Of a stretch of 64,000 nt of DNA, positions 61,248 to 64,000 are shown piece by piece. The translations under genes were made by a program, and so were the position numbers. Source of the stretch: Catajapyx aquilonaris (taxonomy: Eukaryota); assembly GCA_000934665.2 (NCBI GenBank), contig KZ538466.1, positions 1 to 64,000 of the forward strand, given 5' to 3'. The notes under the pieces were generated by a model, which was not told the origin of the DNA, did not search any database, and saw only the letters and a program-made list of their open reading frames with translations. The stretch's first letter is position 1. Each line of letters opens with the position of its first letter.

Positions 61248-62968
61248 GTGAGTTGTGCACCACCTTTAGACACTCGAAGAAAAAGAAAAGACTGAAAAAG
61301 AAAAATTGTGGTATTAAACGGAATGGCAAGCAGGAACATTGCTGGACTCCCCCCCTTTTTGCCTGCCCTCACCTCCTTTCTCCGGATAACTGCTGCCCCG
61401 TAGTAAAACTTGAAGAAACGAGCGCTGGTTGACAGCTCGGGGACTCGCCTTTTGTCAGTTAGGGCCAGTCCCCGAGACAAATAACGGCTGCAGTCATGAC
61501 GCCCCCATATGCATTATTTGCAGCCCCCAATCCCGAAAGGACCAACCACCATTTTGGGAGCCCCTTTTTCCTTGGACTCCCCCAACGACTCTCGTTAAGT
61601 ATAAAAATTCCTGCAACTTTAAGGGGGTCCAGTCTTGGCACACAGACACAGACACACATTGCATATATAGGCACGGGCCAAAAACTGCAAAGCTTCCGCC
61701 AGAAGCTTCCTAGACGTGCTTTGAAATACTCCTGGGACAATGTTTTATGCATGATTAGAGAAAAGAGAGGAGTAACCCAATCCCACTTGCATTCATGTAT
61801 GCCAAGAAAGTGCAATGAATAGCTAACAACTTCTCCGAGACGCTTTCCTAGACTGCACTTTGAATGAAAACCCCTCCCGCGTTGCTCTGTAGGGTTTAGA
61901 AGGTGAGCTACAAAAATAACATAGAAACTGCCTGCTATGTTACTGGCACGCTGTAAACTTCCAAAATCATATCCGTCGCTGTTTTGCTTTCATTTTGGCT
62001 GAGGCTGGCAACAAAAAAAAATTTGCTTGTTTTTTTTTTGGAAGGTGGAAGCACAGCGGGTATAGAGCCATTTCCAGCACGCGAGATTTGTTGATATTTA
62101 CACATTCTTTTGGGCCGGCAGTTGAGAAGATTATTTGGCACGACCAGACAGCAGCTCATCTTTGTTGCAGGTGTGTGATCCAAGCAGCTGCCACTATTCT
62201 AGGCACGCAACACTGCAACTCTATTATGATACTTTCATAAAAAGAAATTTACACGATTTACACGATGTAAATATAAGTTTGCACAGGATATGTTATACTG
62301 CACATTAATGCAGAGTCACATTTACGAATTTACCCTCACTAAGAATACAAGACTTGAAATGCTAATGGTAGTGTAATTTCTCTACAAAAAATTTTATCCA
62401 TCATCACCTCATTGATCAATGTGACTATGATCGTTTTGCTTCAAGTCGGTTATTTGCACATCTCCATATCTTTGGCTATAGGGTATTCAGACAATATGAC
62501 CTCTGTGTTTATCCTTACCCTGAAGAGCTAACCTCTACTCTCGCCTGTTCGCAGGATATCTAACTGCCAGGATATTATAGACAAAGTAATGGACCGCGAA
62601 GGAAATATTGACCTGAATGTAACAGGACACTATCGAACTAGCCCTGGGCTGATATACTAGTCGACCTAATGTTAGGTCTAAAATCTCCTCCATGCCACCA
62701 GTTGATAGCAGCGATGTAAGTAAAGTTTACATTATTTTACCCAGATGGGTTATAGGGATATCACCATTATTAGAGACCAGACTCATTAATAAGTGCGTCC
62801 CTTTGGCTAACTCTACATACCCCCAACTTTGTCCCACTCTGAATCTCAGGTTATGCTTGCACCATTACGGCAATGAGAGTGAATTCTGGCCAAAAGGCCT
62901 TCCAGCAAAGCAGAACATTAACCAGTTGCAAGCCTAGGGCGTAGATTCAGTCCAGAACCTTGCTATAT

Positions 62969-62972
<4 letters not shown>

Positions 62973-63002
<30 letters not shown>
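62973..63002. repeat. (CT)n microsatellite
   Basis: Direct reading of the sequence. Confidence 0.97.
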
Positions 63003-63004
<2 letters not shown>

Positions 63005-64000
63005 CAAACTGACACGGCTCGTTACATTTCCCTATTAACTTTCAGCTCTCCCTCACCCCCCTTTCCCCTACCTCCTACCCCAAATCCAAAGTGGCACCCC
63101 TCTACCCCCATCATGGCAATATCTGCACCAACGGGGGTGGAATTGACCAATAATCACAGTCTTATCACTTTATACAGTTCACTTCCCTAATGTGCCATTC
63201 AGCCTTAATTCCCTCTGCCATCTTAAGTGTAATTCCCTCGTCCTAAAAGGGGAGAAAGTAGGGTGGTCCTTATTAAATATTTCATTCATAACGAGCTGGG
63301 CAATATCATCACAAACACTGCTGGAGTTCCGACTTGGGAATCAATTGGAAGAAAATTTTCAAGCCTAATTATTTTGAGCACTCATATTTGAAAAAAAATT
63401 GTATTTTGGGTGTAGTAATGTGCAAATATTTTGCAACATTTGTTGGCCAAAATGGTCGCGATTTACGCACACCTCAAAACATCAGCGTTTCCCTCCCCCT
63501 CTATCCACTTTCTGGATTCCCGAGGTGATATGGTGCAAGGGAACCACCGGGTCTACGCTTTATACTGCCACTTTTACTTTGGCTCATCTGTCAGCAACGA
63601 CATCGTAACGCAGCTTGTATTAGTCTTCCAGTCAATAAAGTCAAACTAGAACGCCAATGTTTCTCGCCTTTCCGGACTCGTGATGGTCGCTTACACACAC
63701 AAACACACAAATGCGGTTCACTTTGACCAAGGTCTCTGACTAACCGCTCGGGAATAGTCAACAAAGACTGACCAAGCACTTCAAATGCTTTAAAACAATA
63801 ATGCAGTCCAGTTGCGCACTCACTTTAGATGTAATATTCACTGTGAGTGGTCTATACATCGGTACACAAAATTATACGAATGCATCCGAAAAGCGAAGTT
63901 TTGATGGAGTCGATTCAGTCCTGTTCATACGGTACACTTCTGAAGCGCATTAGGATGCAAGTATAACCCATAAATTGTGTAGAGAAATGGTGTGTCTTTC

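Overview
This is non-coding animal genomic DNA from a gapped assembly, with N-gaps flanked by poly-G/C runs. It is probably an invertebrate; the tRNA-derived SINE resembles families I know from hexapods, which is an inference only. I found no intact protein-coding gene, rRNA, tRNA or CRISPR array, and the listed ORFs look like chance or low-complexity frames. The supportable content is: (i) many non-autonomous DNA transposons (MITE/foldback) with termini or target-site duplications (TSDs) typical of several superfamilies (Kolobok-, hAT-, CACTA/CMC-, Tc1/mariner/pogo- and PIF/Harbinger-like), including one nested insertion; (ii) two tRNA-headed SINEs and a 172-bp solo LTR; (iii) heavily decayed, intron-containing coding relics, tentatively a KDZ/Zisupton-type transposase, a PHD finger, an EnSpm-like transposase and possibly a Ulp1 protease; (iv) an apparent excess of TA-NNN-TA / TA-GGCC-TA words that look like stacked transposon excision footprints; (v) GC-rich, motif-dense islands that suggest a large intron or regulatory gene desert, with a few candidate small exons. 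All protein-family calls are by-eye motif matches from memory across stops and frameshifts and need HMM confirmation.
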